Assembly (NCBI GenBank): GCA_047967505.1
Contig: CM106538.1
Length of the DNA stretch: 64,000 nt
Origin: Dipteris shenzhenensis
Lineage: Eukaryota
Reading direction: 5' to 3' (one strand)
The translations under genes and the position numbers were made by a program. Below are positions 26,356-40,028 of the stretch, one piece after another. Within the stretch, counting starts at the first letter, position 1; each line of letters begins with the position of its first letter. The notes beneath the pieces are model-generated. The model was not told the origin of the DNA, searched no databases, and saw nothing but the letters and a program-made list of their open reading frames with translations.

Positions 26356-29300
26356 GTATGGGTGGTCGGATACAAGTGTCTCGGCCTTAATGAGGTTAGC
26401 TCTTGCATTAATTTGACTCATTATTTGGATATTGTTTGTTTTGAGAATCATCATTTGGATAGTGTCTTTGTCATAGGTTGCTCCAGAAGATGTTGCCTAC
26501 ATCAAATACCATGCCCGCATCAAGAGATGAAGCGAAAAAGATGCTAACAACGGTGGGTATGGATTATGATACCATCCATGCTTGCCGTAATGATTGTATT
26601 CTCTTTCATCGTGAGCATGGAGATTTGGCTAGTTGTCCAAAGTGTGGGGAACAATGATATAGAGATGACTTGTAGGGTGAGCGGATACCGGTAAAGGTCT
26701 TGAGACATTTTCCCATCATTGCAAGAATACAACACATGTTCCGATGCAAATCCATAGCGGAATTGATGACATGGCATGCATCTCATCGGTCCACTGATGA
26801 CACATTGTTGAGGATTCCTGCAGATTGTGCAGCTTGGAAGCACATAGATAATCAGTGGCTAGACTTTGCGAGGGAGCCACGCAACTTACATCTTGGGCTA
26901 GCCATGGACCGCGTGAATCCTTTTGGGTTACGCTCGACATCTTGGTCGACATGGCCCATAGTCATGGTGAATTACAATATCCCACCATGGCTAACAATAA
27001 AAAAGGGACACCTCATGCTTGCACTACTTGTGCCAGGAAAGTACAAGGCAAAAAACATGGACGTGTACATGGTACCTTTGATAGAGGAGTTACAGATATT
27101 ATGGAGAGGAGTGCAGGTCTTTGATATTTCCAAAGCTCCTAGACATACCAATGATATTTTGGTCAGAGGTATCTTGATGTGGACCATGCATGACTACCTA
27201 GGATATGGAGAGTGCACAGGTACGTGGTTGTATCTTTACATGTACAATGAGGGATTATGCTTTTTTGACTCTCTTTTGCACGCATGTCTTATACTAACAC
27301 ATTCATGCACGCATGTAGGACTTGTTACAAGTGGGTATCATGCTTGTCCTATTTGTGGACCAGCTCTGAAATCGCTTGCATGCTACTCCAAACATATGAG
27401 AAAAAATGTTTATGAAGGTCATGCTCCATACCTTCCGCTCGACCATCTCGCACGTGGAGGTCAGCTTGATCCACCACCATCATATTTGAAGGCAAGTGAC
27501 TGGATTCAAGCTTGGAGGGTGAATGGAGAGGAACCTCCTCCTAGTATGAAGAGGCTTTTGATCTTTCACGAGCTTCCTTATTGGGGTCAATTACAAATCA
27601 ATCATCTCTTGGATCCCATGCATATCTTCAAGAATGTGGGGGCTACTATTTGGGCACACTTGGTTGGTTCCAAGGACTCGAGAGGAGTGTGAGAAGACTT
27701 GCGTGCTATGAATAGGATGTCTCATTTGTGGCCCCAAGTGCAGGCTTCGAGAAAAGCTGCCCTCCCAAAAGCAACGTGGATCCTCTCTACGAGGGAGGAG
27801 GCAGCGGTCAAGGCAGACATTGCCTCTTTTCAAACACCGATAGGGTACATGCGTTGCTTGAAAGGAGCATTTTCAAAGGACAATAAGCTTAGTGGGCTCA
27901 AGTCCCATGATTGGCACGAGGTCTTACAGGTATTCTAAGTAGAATTAGTGTACTAATAATCGTGATGCGTTAGCATAATTATTATTATGTTATATTGTTG
28001 ACATGACTTCATTGTTGCTTTGATAGTTCATCCTCCCAATTACAATAAAAGGGTGCTTACAAGAAGATGTTAGAAATGCTATATTCAAGATCTGTGGTAT
28101 TGTGAGGTATGCTTACTATCGAATTGTATTATGTATTTTCTTCATGGACATGTGAAATAGGTGGATATCTCAAATATCTTACATATGCATGGACATGTGA
28201 AATAGGTGGATATCTCAAAAAGAGATCTCTATATCGAGCATCGAGAAGGCTAGGGTGGAATCCATCGAAGCCGTATGCTTGCTTGAGAAGCACTTTCCCT
28301 CGAGCATTATGACAGCTCAAGTCCACTTGCTTGTGCACATAGTTGATGAGGTGGCTATAGCAGGTACCGTTCATAGTCGATGGATGTTTTTTCTCGAGCG
28401 GTTTATGAAAACTTTAAAGTTATTTGTAAGACAAAGAGCAAGACCGGAAGCAAGCATGGCATAGGGATGGCTTGTGCAAGAGTCATTAGTATATATCATA
28501 GAGTTTCTTGCATCCACGGATCCCGATATGCCGCAAGCTTGGCACAACAAGGATGATGATCGCATCGTTGGCGAGGTTCCCCAAGGAAAAGGGATTGAAA
28601 GAAAGATGAGCGAAGAGCAAATGGAGAAATTCAATAAGTTTTGTATCCTCAATAGCCTTGAGATACAGAAGTGGATTGAGAGATATGAAGTGGCCAAAGC
28701 AGAAAGAATAAATGCAAGGACGAGATTCAGAGTAATGTACAGGCAATCACAACCATATCCACAGGATCTGGCTCTTCTCCCTACTCACATGTCACTTGAT
28801 TGGCTACAACTGGCTCTACGTAAAGCCGAACGTGATGGAGAGACAATAAACGAGCGCGAGCGAGAGTTATCATCTGGATGTATGGTGTATGTAAGTTTCT
28901 TACCTCTTGACGTAATTAAGTAATTATTTGTGGCAATATATGCTATAAAATAGATGCATCTTCATTGTTTTAATGATGCTCTTTTACAGTACAAAAAGTA
29001 CAGTGCATTATGGTCATATGGACGACATTTTTGTGTGGAACGCATTGATTCAAAGAGAGTCACATATGATTGTGGAGTCATGGCTAACTTCACACAAGAT
29101 AGCTGAGCAAGTGCTTCAAATACCAATCTTCTCTCCTCACAGTTGGATTATTGTGGAACCATACGCGACATCTATGAAATTGATTTCAGACGATTTACTA
29201 TTTTCATTCTTGATGTAAAATGGTTTAGAACTACTTACAATGGTCCCCATGCGACAGTGAGAAAAGATAGTAGCGGTCTCTTTGCAATAGACTCCACCAA

Positions 29301-29889
29301 ACATTGGACCGATGAAAGTGATACTTTTGTTCTTCCCGAGCACTGTGAGCAGGTGCATACTAATGATTTAATTAGTCGAAGCTTTCATTTTTAAAGTCCA
29401 TTGATACATGTACTTGAGCATAATTTCATATATATAATTGACGACATTTGGCACCCATCTTCAATAAAGGTGGTTTTTCATCCGAATCGTTCTGATCCAA
29501 GATGGTGGTACGTGATCCAAGTTGCACCACGAAGTAAGCAAATTTTTGAAGATCGAGATGTGGATATGGAGATGCCACTACCAATGCCGGATCCAATTGA
29601 TGAATCTAACGAAGAAGATGTAGATCACCATATGAGCCAAGAGGAAGATGCGCATAATGACATCGCACGGGAGGAGGATGGAGATCACGATATTGAGGAA
29701 GAAGACAACAATCATCAAGAATCACCATACTTTATTGAAGAAGATGATCAAATACTTTTAGGTGAACGTACGATGCTAGAGTACGATGATGATTTAGGAG
29801 ATCAACTCGGTATAGAGTTGGAGATAGACTTGTTTGGTGCCTTAGACTTGGCTCAAGATGAAACAGTTGATGTAAATGCTCTTATTTGA
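26356..29889 (+). pseudogene. CACTA transposase (TnpD/Tnp2), multi-exon, disrupted, N-terminus missing
   Basis: YGWSDTS exon remnant; RHFPIIARIQHMF, LGLAMDRVNPFG, WPIVMVNYNIPP, WTMHDYLGYG, DPMHIFKNV, GLKSHDWH, HSRWMFFLERFM, RPEASMA, DYCGTIRDI. Paralogous to 15297-19270. Confidence 0.92.
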
Positions 29890-31372
29890 TTTTTCTCATC
29901 TCAAACTTGGACATGAATATATGAGCTTCAAAGGCTTGATGTACATGCTCTCATTTTTTTATTCTCTATGAGCTCAAACATGTATGAAATTTTAAAAAAA
30001 TTTGTCATTGGAAAAAACTAACTTTTAAGGCCTATATTTAAAAAAAAACCTCTCTGGAAAAACATCGCTATAAAATTGTATATCAGTGTCGCTATATAGC
30101 AACACTTAAAAGTCGCTATATAGCGACCTTTATAATAGTCGCTATATAGCGACTTTTAGCAAGAGTCGCTATATAGCGACGATTTAGGAAACCCGCTTTT
30201 CATACCGACGATTAACGCTAAGCGGGCGCTAAACATCGGTACGTAAACATCGCAATAGGATCCCTGTGTAGTAGTGTGGCAGAGCAAATCATCACCATAA
30301 CAAACCCACACATGTAAAGAAAATCGAGATCACAGTGCTTCACAATGATGCATGCACTCGAATCCAAAAACACAAAATGCTCCCATAACTATGACCTTCA
30401 GAATCAATCATTTCTGTATCAAAATCATCATAGCAAGAATCGCACAAAGCATACATGACCATGACAACCTTGCAACTAAACAATCGACGACTAGCTCTAC
30501 TTATAATCACACAACAACAATGCTTACCTAGATCGTGTTAGAGTAGATAGTGATCTGCCTGACAGGATCATCCCCCATGCTTCTCTGTTTGATTCTTTGA
30601 AGAGGTGCAAGCAAAGAACAGTTGGCCTCTTCAATAATCGATACAGCCCTACATGCTACAGAACAACAAAACAAAATGGGCCTCCATCCCTACAAAAGTC
30701 CTTCATTTGAGATCTCTAGCTAGCTATACTCCCCATCGCCACGCCTGCGCACAGCAGCAAGCTGTCCTCCCCCATCACCATGCCCGTGCATAGCCATCAG
30801 GCCCTCCCGAGCAAGCCTCTCGTAATACACCATAGAGGTGCAGCAAAGATAGCCGCGATGCCCCGATCGCAGCCCCGATCGCAGGGGAGACACTCCAAGA
30901 GTAAGCAGAGCATTCAAAACTTGCAAAAGAGGACAAAACCTCTACCCTAATCCCACGGAATGAAGGTCAAATAACCCTTAACCACGAACTTAAACCAAGT
31001 CAACTTGACTCCACGCAAGCGAAAAATCCAAAAGGGCACAACTAACAACATTCACCCCTATGGACCTTTGGGGGGCGAAAAATTGCCATTGATTTGAGAA
31101 TGAGCTCATAACTTAATAGGATTGCCAAGAGTTTCACACTAGTATATTATACAAAGCCCATGTTCCATAGTGATGCAGTTTTACACTAGTATATTATACA
31201 AAGCCCATGTTCCATAGTGGCTCATCAAGCTTGAATTTCACTTGATGGCACAATGCTGTCTGCCTAAACATTGGCATAAGAAAGGGTCCACTGAACCTTG
31301 CCTATGTAACTCAGGCAGGCGAAGCTGTCGAGGAGGGGCTATGGCTGAGAGCTCATAACCCAACAGGAGCCA

Positions 31373-32445
31373 TCAGAATAACTCGGTCACGTTTCCACCA
31401 AAAACCTCTTTTGCCACAATCTCATACACACGTTGCGTTGGATGAACGGCGTCGAAGAAGAAGTACTCGCTTCTGTTAGTGCACGCTGGTGAAAGATAAA
31501 CGCACGTCGGCCCAGCAGACAAGTATCCGTCGCCGCAGCAGCCTCGGGTGGTCTCCGTGATTCCTATTCCATCGCCCAAACAACAGTTTTGTCTTCAAAA
31601 ATCTAAACTCAAGTCACCATCCCGCTTCAATCTCTCTCATATTACTTTGCTCCAACGATTTTGAGGACCAAATCGACACTTCTACGTAGCAAATTTCATT
31701 GGTTTGTGTCAAGCGTCTTTTTCACGTTAAGCTACACAAATGACTCATATAATAGGATCAATGAACATACCGTAGTATTCAGCTCGTTGAAGTATCTGAA
31801 GCGCGGTATCGTAAGTGTCAATGTAGTTCAATTTGAAACCTTTTAAGCTGGAACCAAGAGTGGACAGTAAGGCTTGAAGCCCTTCATTGAACGCTTGCGC
31901 CTCTGAATTGAATTCCTCAGCACACCCTTTGCTACCATTGAAAAGGCTCATTAGGATAGGTATACACCCCATAGGGGGTATCCCTATAATTGCTACGTTT
32001 CTTCCGCCTTCAATGTACACTTGCTGAATTCAATCCGCAGAACATATTTGTTAGAAGAAGCGAATCTCTGAAAGAACTTACGGCTTTCCTGCGATTTTGG
32101 CAAGCTGGCGTAAATTATTACCTCCAGATTTTCCTGATAGCTTTGCAATAGCAGAGTTCGAAATTCACTGATGTTGTACTGTGCTTGCATGGCGGGATCG
32201 AAGTAATAGCTGATAACGTAGTCGTTAGTTCCTGAGCTTATTACATGGAAGGCATTTGATAGATGGGTGGCAGCTCCTGTTGCGCCTAGCATTTGTTCCA
32301 GTCGATGTCGGTAGTTTCCGTACCAAATCATCTGCTTCGATAGGGGGGCTACTATCTGCACAAAACTTTCGTTCAAATTATACCTGAAAAAACTGTTGTT
32401 GTCGTCCTTGCAGATGTGTGTGTGTGTGTGTGTGTGTGTGTACAC

Positions 32446-32492
<47 letters not shown>

Positions 32493-33100
32493 GAAAGCTC
32501 ACATAACAACCCCTTAATAGTTTGCAAAACTCTGAGCACTTTGGATTCTTAATACTCATAATGCTAAAACCACAGACCTGGGCTTGGAGGCTGAAATTAA
32601 GCAATCCCGATCCTCCTGATGCCAGGTTGACGCCAGTTAGAAGTGCCAGGCCGCTAGCATTTGGATTCAAGTACGGTAAGGGAGAGTCAAAGCCCAGTGT
32701 TTCGGCTGAATTCGCAAGAATCAACGTAAGTGGTAAAAAACCAACAGCAATGTTTAACGGATATTAACTTAATGTTAGACACAATCACCTTGTAATTTGG
32801 GAAACCATACACAATGTTGAGGACAGACAAATTATTACCAAGCATATCCGGAATTATGAACCCATTGGACCAGCGCCCCGTTGCACGATGCTGAGGTAAA
32901 TCTATTCCGTAAGGATAGTGATCGCCCCTGGCGACAGTACTCAAGTAGTTGTTGTTGCCCGTATCTAAGATTGAGTCGCCAAAGAAAATGAGTGCAGAGA
33001 TATTAAGAGGGAGCTCGAAGCTGCCCCTGCAGGAAATAACGGCCGAGCTCATCAGGACGATGAATTGAAGCGCTTCAAGTCTACCAGACATATTGAACAT
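31373..33100 (-). CDS. GDSL esterase/lipase (SGNH hydrolase), 5 exons: 33100-32839, 32705-32578, 32355-32122, 32023-31771, 31563-31373; ~355 aa, apparently intact
   Basis: Block I IFFGDSILDTGNN, block II ATGRWSNG, GVNLASGGSG, block III SGTNDY, PPMGCIP, GCCG, block V FFDAVHPT. All introns are GT-AG with consistent phases (262+128+234+253+191=1068 nt). Hydrophobic N-terminal signal-like segment; alternative ATG at 33091. Confidence 0.95.
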
Positions 33101-33449
33101 AGTTGTCGGCGATAAAACGTTTGCCAATACTAATCCGGAATCAATACTGATCAGTTCAAATCAGGAGTTAACACTGATCAGTGATCATCTTCTGCTAGCT
33201 GTCAATCCTGCTCATCTTATGCTAAAGCCCAAAGATACGCGTCACAAATTGATCGTCGTTTGCGCTTCTATTATGCCCGAATCATCATCCTCCTACATAT
33301 TATATAACTTTCGTTGTATCGCCAAATCGGGCGTGAATATTGATCATCTTCATTCTTGGTTTCATTCTTCCTTGATAGCGTCGTGAATGCCTTTCACGTC
33401 TTCTATGTCCGGATGCCTTTCGTACTCCATCTACCTAAATCCTGTAGCT

Positions 33450-34075
33450 TAGTGATGGGCTACCCTGATCCCTTTCACGCGTCATGTAGAATACGACAAT
33501 AAGCTGAACGTGTGGGAGCGATTGGGGCTGATTGCACTAGGCTGTTGAGACTCGGCCCTTGGAAATGGTGTAATGGGCTGATGAACCACATGGCATTGTA
33601 GAGTAAACAATATGATAGGCCACAAGGTACACTCACACATTGTAGAGTAATGGTGGCTACACACTACTCATGTGCTTGAGGGATGGCAAGGTCTAGGCTG
33701 GAGCTTATTGGTTGAACTCTTGTCTTTTTCCCAAGTGAACCATGGTTCAAGACCTATACCCAAGGTTTTGTCCACATCTTTTTTGAGCATCCAATCATTT
33801 TTTATAGCATGGCATCCACTTCGTCCCGCGACCCTGTCTCAAGCCACTTACATACCCAATGTATAAACACCCTAAATGATATGGGCCACAGTATGCCACA
33901 AGCCATGTGGCATTGTACAAGCTTAGCACAATGAGCCACAAGCCACATGGCACCACACTCACACAAAGCACGCCATGGCTCACTTTGGGAAACCTAGGGC
34001 CTAGGGCACATGGCATGACATCACTATGGCTTTGTAAGGTACAGCGCTCAAATGGGTGTCATCCTATTATCACTA
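33450..34075. mobile_element. Possible decayed hAT-type MITE upstream of the GDSL gene
   Basis: Ends TAGTGAT...ATCACTA. The 8-bp flanks CTGTAGCT/CTACAATT differ at 4 positions, all transitions. Internal CCACATGGCA repeats. Confidence 0.3.
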
Positions 34076-34394
34076 CTACAATTGACGTCAGTTTCACCAT
34101 AAAATGACTTTTTTTTCACAAAAAATTGCCGTTATTTTGGACATAAATGACTTTTTTTTTCACATTTTGAATTAGTGATGAAATACACATCTTGAAAAGT
34201 GTCAATAAGAATTATTAAATATAGTATCAAGATAAACATTAAACATCACTATTTGTGGATTGACTTAAGATTTCAAAGCTTATAGACACTTTTATGAACA
34301 TATTTATTGATGTTGTTATACTTAGTATTTTGATGCTTAGTTTTAGGGGAAACATTTTAGGGTGATTAGGTTCTGGCCAAGTCCTTGTTCACCC

Positions 34395-34443
<49 letters not shown>

Positions 34444-34463
34444 TGTGTGCATGTGTGTGTGTG

Positions 34464-36440
34464 TAAAAAAGGAAACCTATAAACAACACGGCACACGACA
34501 CTCAGATAAAGGTGGAAAAAATTTTTCATATTGTAATATGAATATATGAGTACAAGTAGTAACAAAATGTCGAATCCATCTAGTAGTCTAGGTTCCGAGG
34601 TCGGGGTCCACTTACCTACCACCATCCAAAAAAAGCTAGTTGTTAGAACAACGGAGTTTTAAATGGGTAGACAGGTAATGCCTACACACCCTGGCTTGTT
34701 ATCGCTTTACCTAGGAAAAATAGACCCATCAGGACTCGTATTTGCAAAGTGAAACTACTAGAGAAACATTATGAAGAGATTATGAAATGTTGAAGATAGA
34801 AGTGTTGGCCTGCCATATAGGAGGCATGATGAATGGTAGTAATCTGGAAGCAAAATTACCTAGCCTTCCATATAGGGGGCATAGACCAGCATAGGAAAAG
34901 ACATTTTTTTTATAACAAACATTACTCTAGCATTTCATGGAAAAGGTGTAGCATAGGTTAGCTTTATCAGGTCAAAAAGGAAGGACAATAACAAGGATAA
35001 ATGTATTAAAACCCACTCCTCTAGCCTTCCATAGAGGAGGCATGAGATAATTGACTATGTCACTGTGTTATGCACTCATTAAAATATCAAATCACTGGTC
35101 GATGTCTATATAGGCAAAACATGCAACTGCACCTTTATGAAGATGGGACTAATTAGAGTACCAATCCAAAAGAATTTCTTAAAAAGAGTGCAAGTTGCAC
35201 TAAGTGATGCTACACACTGGGTAAACCAAAAAAAAGTTTTTTTATTAGTGGAAGAGACAGTCCCAAGTAAGGTCAATACTAGTGGATTCTTAGTTTCTCA
35301 AACTCTTGGATTTTCGAGGAAGATAGGGTCGTGTTCTAGCATTTGTATGAGCATGATGCATTGTCAATCCATCTTTGCTATCCTCTTCCAATTTTTTGTC
35401 CTCTTACAATTTTTTATTAATGAAGACAATAGCGGCAGGATCCCGATTAGTAGACATACGGGCCATCTTTTGATATGTATAAGTGCCAAATGTGTACTAA
35501 AAAGAGATGTCCATTTGTCAGTATAAAAGGTAAGATAGCGGTATCAACATAAAAATGCTAAGGGGACATCATGAAATGTTGGAGACAGAAGTGTTGGCCA
35601 ATCGTATAGGAGGCATTATGAATAGCCATATTCTAGAAGCAAAATTTACCTGGCCTTCTGTATAGGAGGCATAGAATAGCATTAACATACAATGTTTTAG
35701 CATCACACGGAAAAACTGTAACATAGGTTAAATTTTCCAATTCATAAGTATACATCCTAACCAGTCATACAATAGCATAGTCCATTGTGTCATAGCTTAG
35801 TGGTTACCTATGAATTGGTTAGGCCGAGGCTGTACTTACATTCCATGTAGAATGCATTAATAATGTATTAAAAAATCCTAGCCGTCCATAGAGGAGGCAT
35901 GATAGACTTATTAAGACTTCCATATAGGAGGTGTCTACTACATAAAGACAAGCAATGACCTAGCCCTCCATGGAGGAGGCAACTTTAGCTTAGCAAACGA
36001 GAAGTCAACAGAAGAAACAATGTATCATCTCGCCTTACATATAGGAGGCATGAAATAATTAACCGTGTTATTGTGTTAGCACCTTATTGAGAAATTATAT
36101 TACAAGCAACTGTCTCCACAAGCAACCTATGCCAGGTGGCCTAAGGACTAATTAACATACTTAAGATAAAAAATAGTATAATTACCGCCTATGCAATTGC
36201 TAAAGTAAACATACAAAATTGTAAGTTAGCCAAGACTACAGACTCACACACAAAGCAACCATACCACACGCTAGTTAGAACACTTAGCCACTAACACCAA
36301 GTACCTCCAAAGGTATGCGAGAAGGAACATTAGAAAACCTCGCCTATGAAATTAAATGCCACACAAGGTAACAAATAGGAGGCAATAGACTCATCTAACA
36401 ACCCGCTATTGAGAACCAAGGCCCAACTAACCTATGGGAT
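34464..36440 (-). repeat. Dispersed non-coding repeat abutting a (GT)n microsatellite, with internal GCCTTCCATATAGGAGGCA sub-repeats
   Basis: 34464-34932 is homologous to 45540-46002. A sub-segment is homologous (inverted) to 59530-59700 and 60125-60285. Confidence 0.8.
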
Positions 36441-36532
36441 TACATAAAAAACATAGTGCTAACACTAACCTAGAACTAACATAGTGCTAACACTACCCTA
36501 AAACTAACCTAGAACTAACATAGCGCTAACAT

Positions 36533-38527
36533 TGCCTGACCAAACCTCTTCTGGCACTTTCCCATCTAGTGCCTTGCTAGGCGATCTATTGATAAGATGT
36601 ACTGCTATCTTGATAGACTCAACCCAAAAGCCATGAGGTAGACCAGCATTAGAAAGCATGCTTATATTCCTTTCTTGAATAGTTCTATTCATCTTCTCAA
36701 CAACCCCATTCTAAGAAGGATTCTCAGGAGTAGTCAACTCCCACTTGATGCCATGTAGCTTACAAAAATTCTTAAATGCATGAGAGGTATACTCTCCTCC
36801 ATTATCAGTGTGCAAGCATTTGAGCTTCTTGCCCGACTAATTTTTAGCAAATGCTAAGAATTTTTGAAATGCATCAAAGACATCACTCTTCTTCCGAAAA
36901 GGATAGACCCACACTTTCCGTGTAGCATCATCAATGAAAGTAGCAAAGTAGGAAGCACCACCCAATGAGACAGTAGGCATAGGTCCACACACATCACTAT
37001 GAACCAACTCCAATGGTACAAGCCTCTTCTTGCCCAAAGATTTTTTATGTGAAGACCATGTTTGCTTCCCATACATGCAATGCTCACACATGCTAAAATC
37101 TGAAAAATTAAACACGGGAACATACTACAAACTAGAAAGTATCTTCATTCCTGTCATATTTATGTGTCCCAACCGACGATGCCACAAAGAAATGGATGGC
37201 TGCTCGGTCACATTGATTACATTATCTCTTATGCCTGACACATGCATTGAGTACAACGTTCCATGCTTGGAACCTCTAGCAATCACAAGTGACCCTTTGC
37301 TAATTTTCCATGTATTGTTGTTAAAAAACACATGATAGCCATCATCATCAAGCTGTCCCGTACTTGTCAAGCTCTTTTTCAGATTTGGAACATGCCTAAC
37401 ATTCTTGAGTATGAATGTAGAACCATTAGGAAGAGACAAGTGGATATCTCCCACTCTGACAATGTCACATGGATAATCATTTCCAAGTCTCACGGTTCCT
37501 TTCCTTCCTGCATCATAAATGGTAAACCACTCCCTATGTGGAGTGACATGGAAAGATGCTCCTAAGTCTAGTATATCCAATTCTGTGATAATGCATCATC
37601 ACTAGTCACAAGAAAAGCATGCTCAAACATAGAGGCATAAAGAATGTCACCCTCATCACTATTGTTACTTATGGCATTCACTTCCTCTATTTTGATCGTG
37701 GATTTCTCTTCCTTCTTGGGCTGCACATTAGCTTTGCCTTTGCCTTTATCGTTCTTCCATTTGTAGCAATCCTTTTTGAAATGGCCTTTCTTCCCACAAT
37801 AGAAGCATTGCAAATCCTTTTTGGCATGGGATTTTCCTCTAGATTTGCTTCTAGACTTGCTTGTATTTCTATCGTGGTATTTCCCCCTGGAATATGACCT
37901 CCCTCTCACATTGAAGGCACTTGAACTTTTAGTTCCAGCATTGTTCTTTCTATTTACCTCCTCAGTGAGAAGGCTACTCTCAACATCACTGCTTGTCAGG
38001 CCTCCTGCACCGGCTGAATTGCTTATAGCAATCTTAAAAGTGTCCCAACTTTCAGGAAGGGTGACCAATAACAACATTGCCTTAATTGAGTCATCAAAGG
38101 CAATTTTATGAGCTGAAAGTTGAGTGAAAATTGTGTTAAACTCATTTAAATGGCTAGACATTGAAGTCCCTTCTTCCATGCAAAGATCTATGAGTTTCTT
38201 CATCCAATACACTTGACAAGCAGCACTTTACTTCTCATAAAGATCATGCAACTTTGTCCACACACCATAGGCACCACCTGCAGTATCTTTCACATTGAAA
38301 TACACCGATTTTGATAGTGTGAGCATGATCGTGGAGCATGCAAGCTCATCCATTTCCTTCCACTCTTCATCATCTTCCCAATCCTCTAGCTTTATGCCTT
38401 TGCATTTTATAGGCTTTACTTGCTTCTTCTGCACTAGAACATTGTAGATTTGCTCCTTCCAATAGGAGAAGTTCATGCCATCCAACTTCTCAATGTTAAA
38501 CAATGCATTCTCTGATGCCAAAGCCAT
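36533..38527 (-). pseudogene. Truncated Ty1/copia gag-protease-integrase, related to the element at 1-6193
   Basis: MALASENALFNIEKLDG, LPESWDTF, CFYCGKKGHFKKDC, ILDLGASFH, LWHRRLGH, VHSDVCGP, VPEEVWSG. Breaks at a short tandem repeat (36449-36532); no RT or LTR seen. Confidence 0.92.
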
Positions 38528-39959
38528 CACAATGGATGACAGAACAACCAAGATACACTGCACCAATGTACCAAACTCAAGCCCAAAAAATATCAACTGC
38601 AATGACAATAGCCACACTGTCACTGTCACAAATACCTCACCTGTTAGCCACAGTATGACAGCAGTGAGTACTGTAGATCAAGGAGTGGCATAAGTGTTGA
38701 AGCAAGCAAGTCTCTCTCTGGAGTAAAAGTGCATACCACAGACTCACTCAAGGATTATCAGTGACAAAGGTAAACCAAGCAAGGGAGAGCAACACCACCT
38801 CCTACGATTACATTACCCACAGAATCGAGAGGAGCCAAGGCAAAGACTATTAACAGGACCAGAGAGCCCGACAAGGAACTTACGCAACCATGTAAAGGTG
38901 AGGCAAAGGCTCTCCCATCGATCTAGGAGCAAAGGACTGGAGCTATCAATGGAGGTGATGTATAGCATGCCCTCAGTTGTTGAGAAGCTTCATATAGCTA
39001 AACCGTAGCACACCCAACGCAGCTATAATGTGACCCCAGCAAGAACCCAACATGGCCAAGCGTGACTAGCAAACCATCATTCAGGTGGCAGCGCCTTATT
39101 AGAACAAAATGACCAAGCAGAGGGAGACCAAGGGAGTAGCAGATATTGTCGCAGGCATAGGTAGAAGGAATGAGAGGTCCATCAAGCTTGCCAATCATGT
39201 AGCAAGTAAGTATGTAGTATTAACAATAGAGAGATTAGGAGAGGGGCCAAACAAACTAACTTGAGAAGAGGCCATGAGTGCAAGGGAACAAGATGGGAAA
39301 GGAAGCGTAAGGTGAGGAACGAGTAGAGGAGGGAGGAACAAGATAGCTAGAAGGGGCACAAAGAACTATAGAAATAGGATACCATCTTCCCCCTAATAAA
39401 TGTCTATCACATTCACCGTAAAATAGGTATATACTGCCAACTAATCTCACCATTTTATCTAACCATGAAATGCTTAGGTAAGGTATATGTATATTCGCAC
39501 TTATTTGTTCGAATATTTATCCATATAAATACCATATATTGTCAATTATTGTACGACAGTAGCCTCCAACATATATTATTGTCATGAGTTTTAGCAATGT
39601 TTTTTAATATTCATTATCAAGAAGATCAAAATTCCACCATGGGAGAATACCTCACAACTATTAGGCAGGAAAATTGTTAGGCAAGAACCCATCTGTGTGT
39701 ATGACTAGGGTAGGGCTTAGGGGAAGCATTTTACGAGATTAACCAATACTTATGACGAGGAATTTGGCATAATTATTCATGTAGTAAGGAAAAAACATTA
39801 TAACAAGTCTGGAGTGGCCCATGTATGTCCTACCACAAATACTTATTAGCAATGCCAAAAATTACATATTGAGATTGCAGAGTTATCCCAAGTCTTATCA
39901 AAGAGTATTACTGTGTGCATATGCGAATGTGTGTGTGTATGTGATGGGGTCCAGTTACA

Positions 39960-39962
<3 letters not shown>

Positions 39963-40026
<64 letters not shown>
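39963..40026. repeat. (TG)n microsatellite
   Basis: About 32 TG units at the 5' break of the LINE. Confidence 0.95.

Positions 40027-40028
<2 letters not shown>

Larger units (their letters stand above)
22082..30276 (+). mobile_element. Complete CACTA/EnSpm transposon (8195 bp)
   Basis: Begins CACTAC and ends GTAGTG, with a 3-bp TSD TGG (22079-22081 and 30277-30279). Palindromic subterminal repeats GTCGCTATATAGCGAC at 22170-22265 and 30065-30180. Carries two divergent genes. Confidence 0.95.

Noticed and set aside
24696-26454. Long His/Lys/Leu/Met- and Cys/Ser-rich ORFs
   Set aside because: Translation artefacts of the hexamer satellite.
34700-34745. Hammerhead ribozyme (CTGATGG on the minus strand)
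   Set aside because: The core is CUGAUGG rather than CUGAUGA, there is no properly placed GAAA, and it is not conserved in the 59.5/60.1-kb copies.
34800-36390. CRISPR-like repeat/spacer array
   Set aside because: Irregular spacing, degenerate repeats, duplicated spacers, no cas genes, eukaryotic context.
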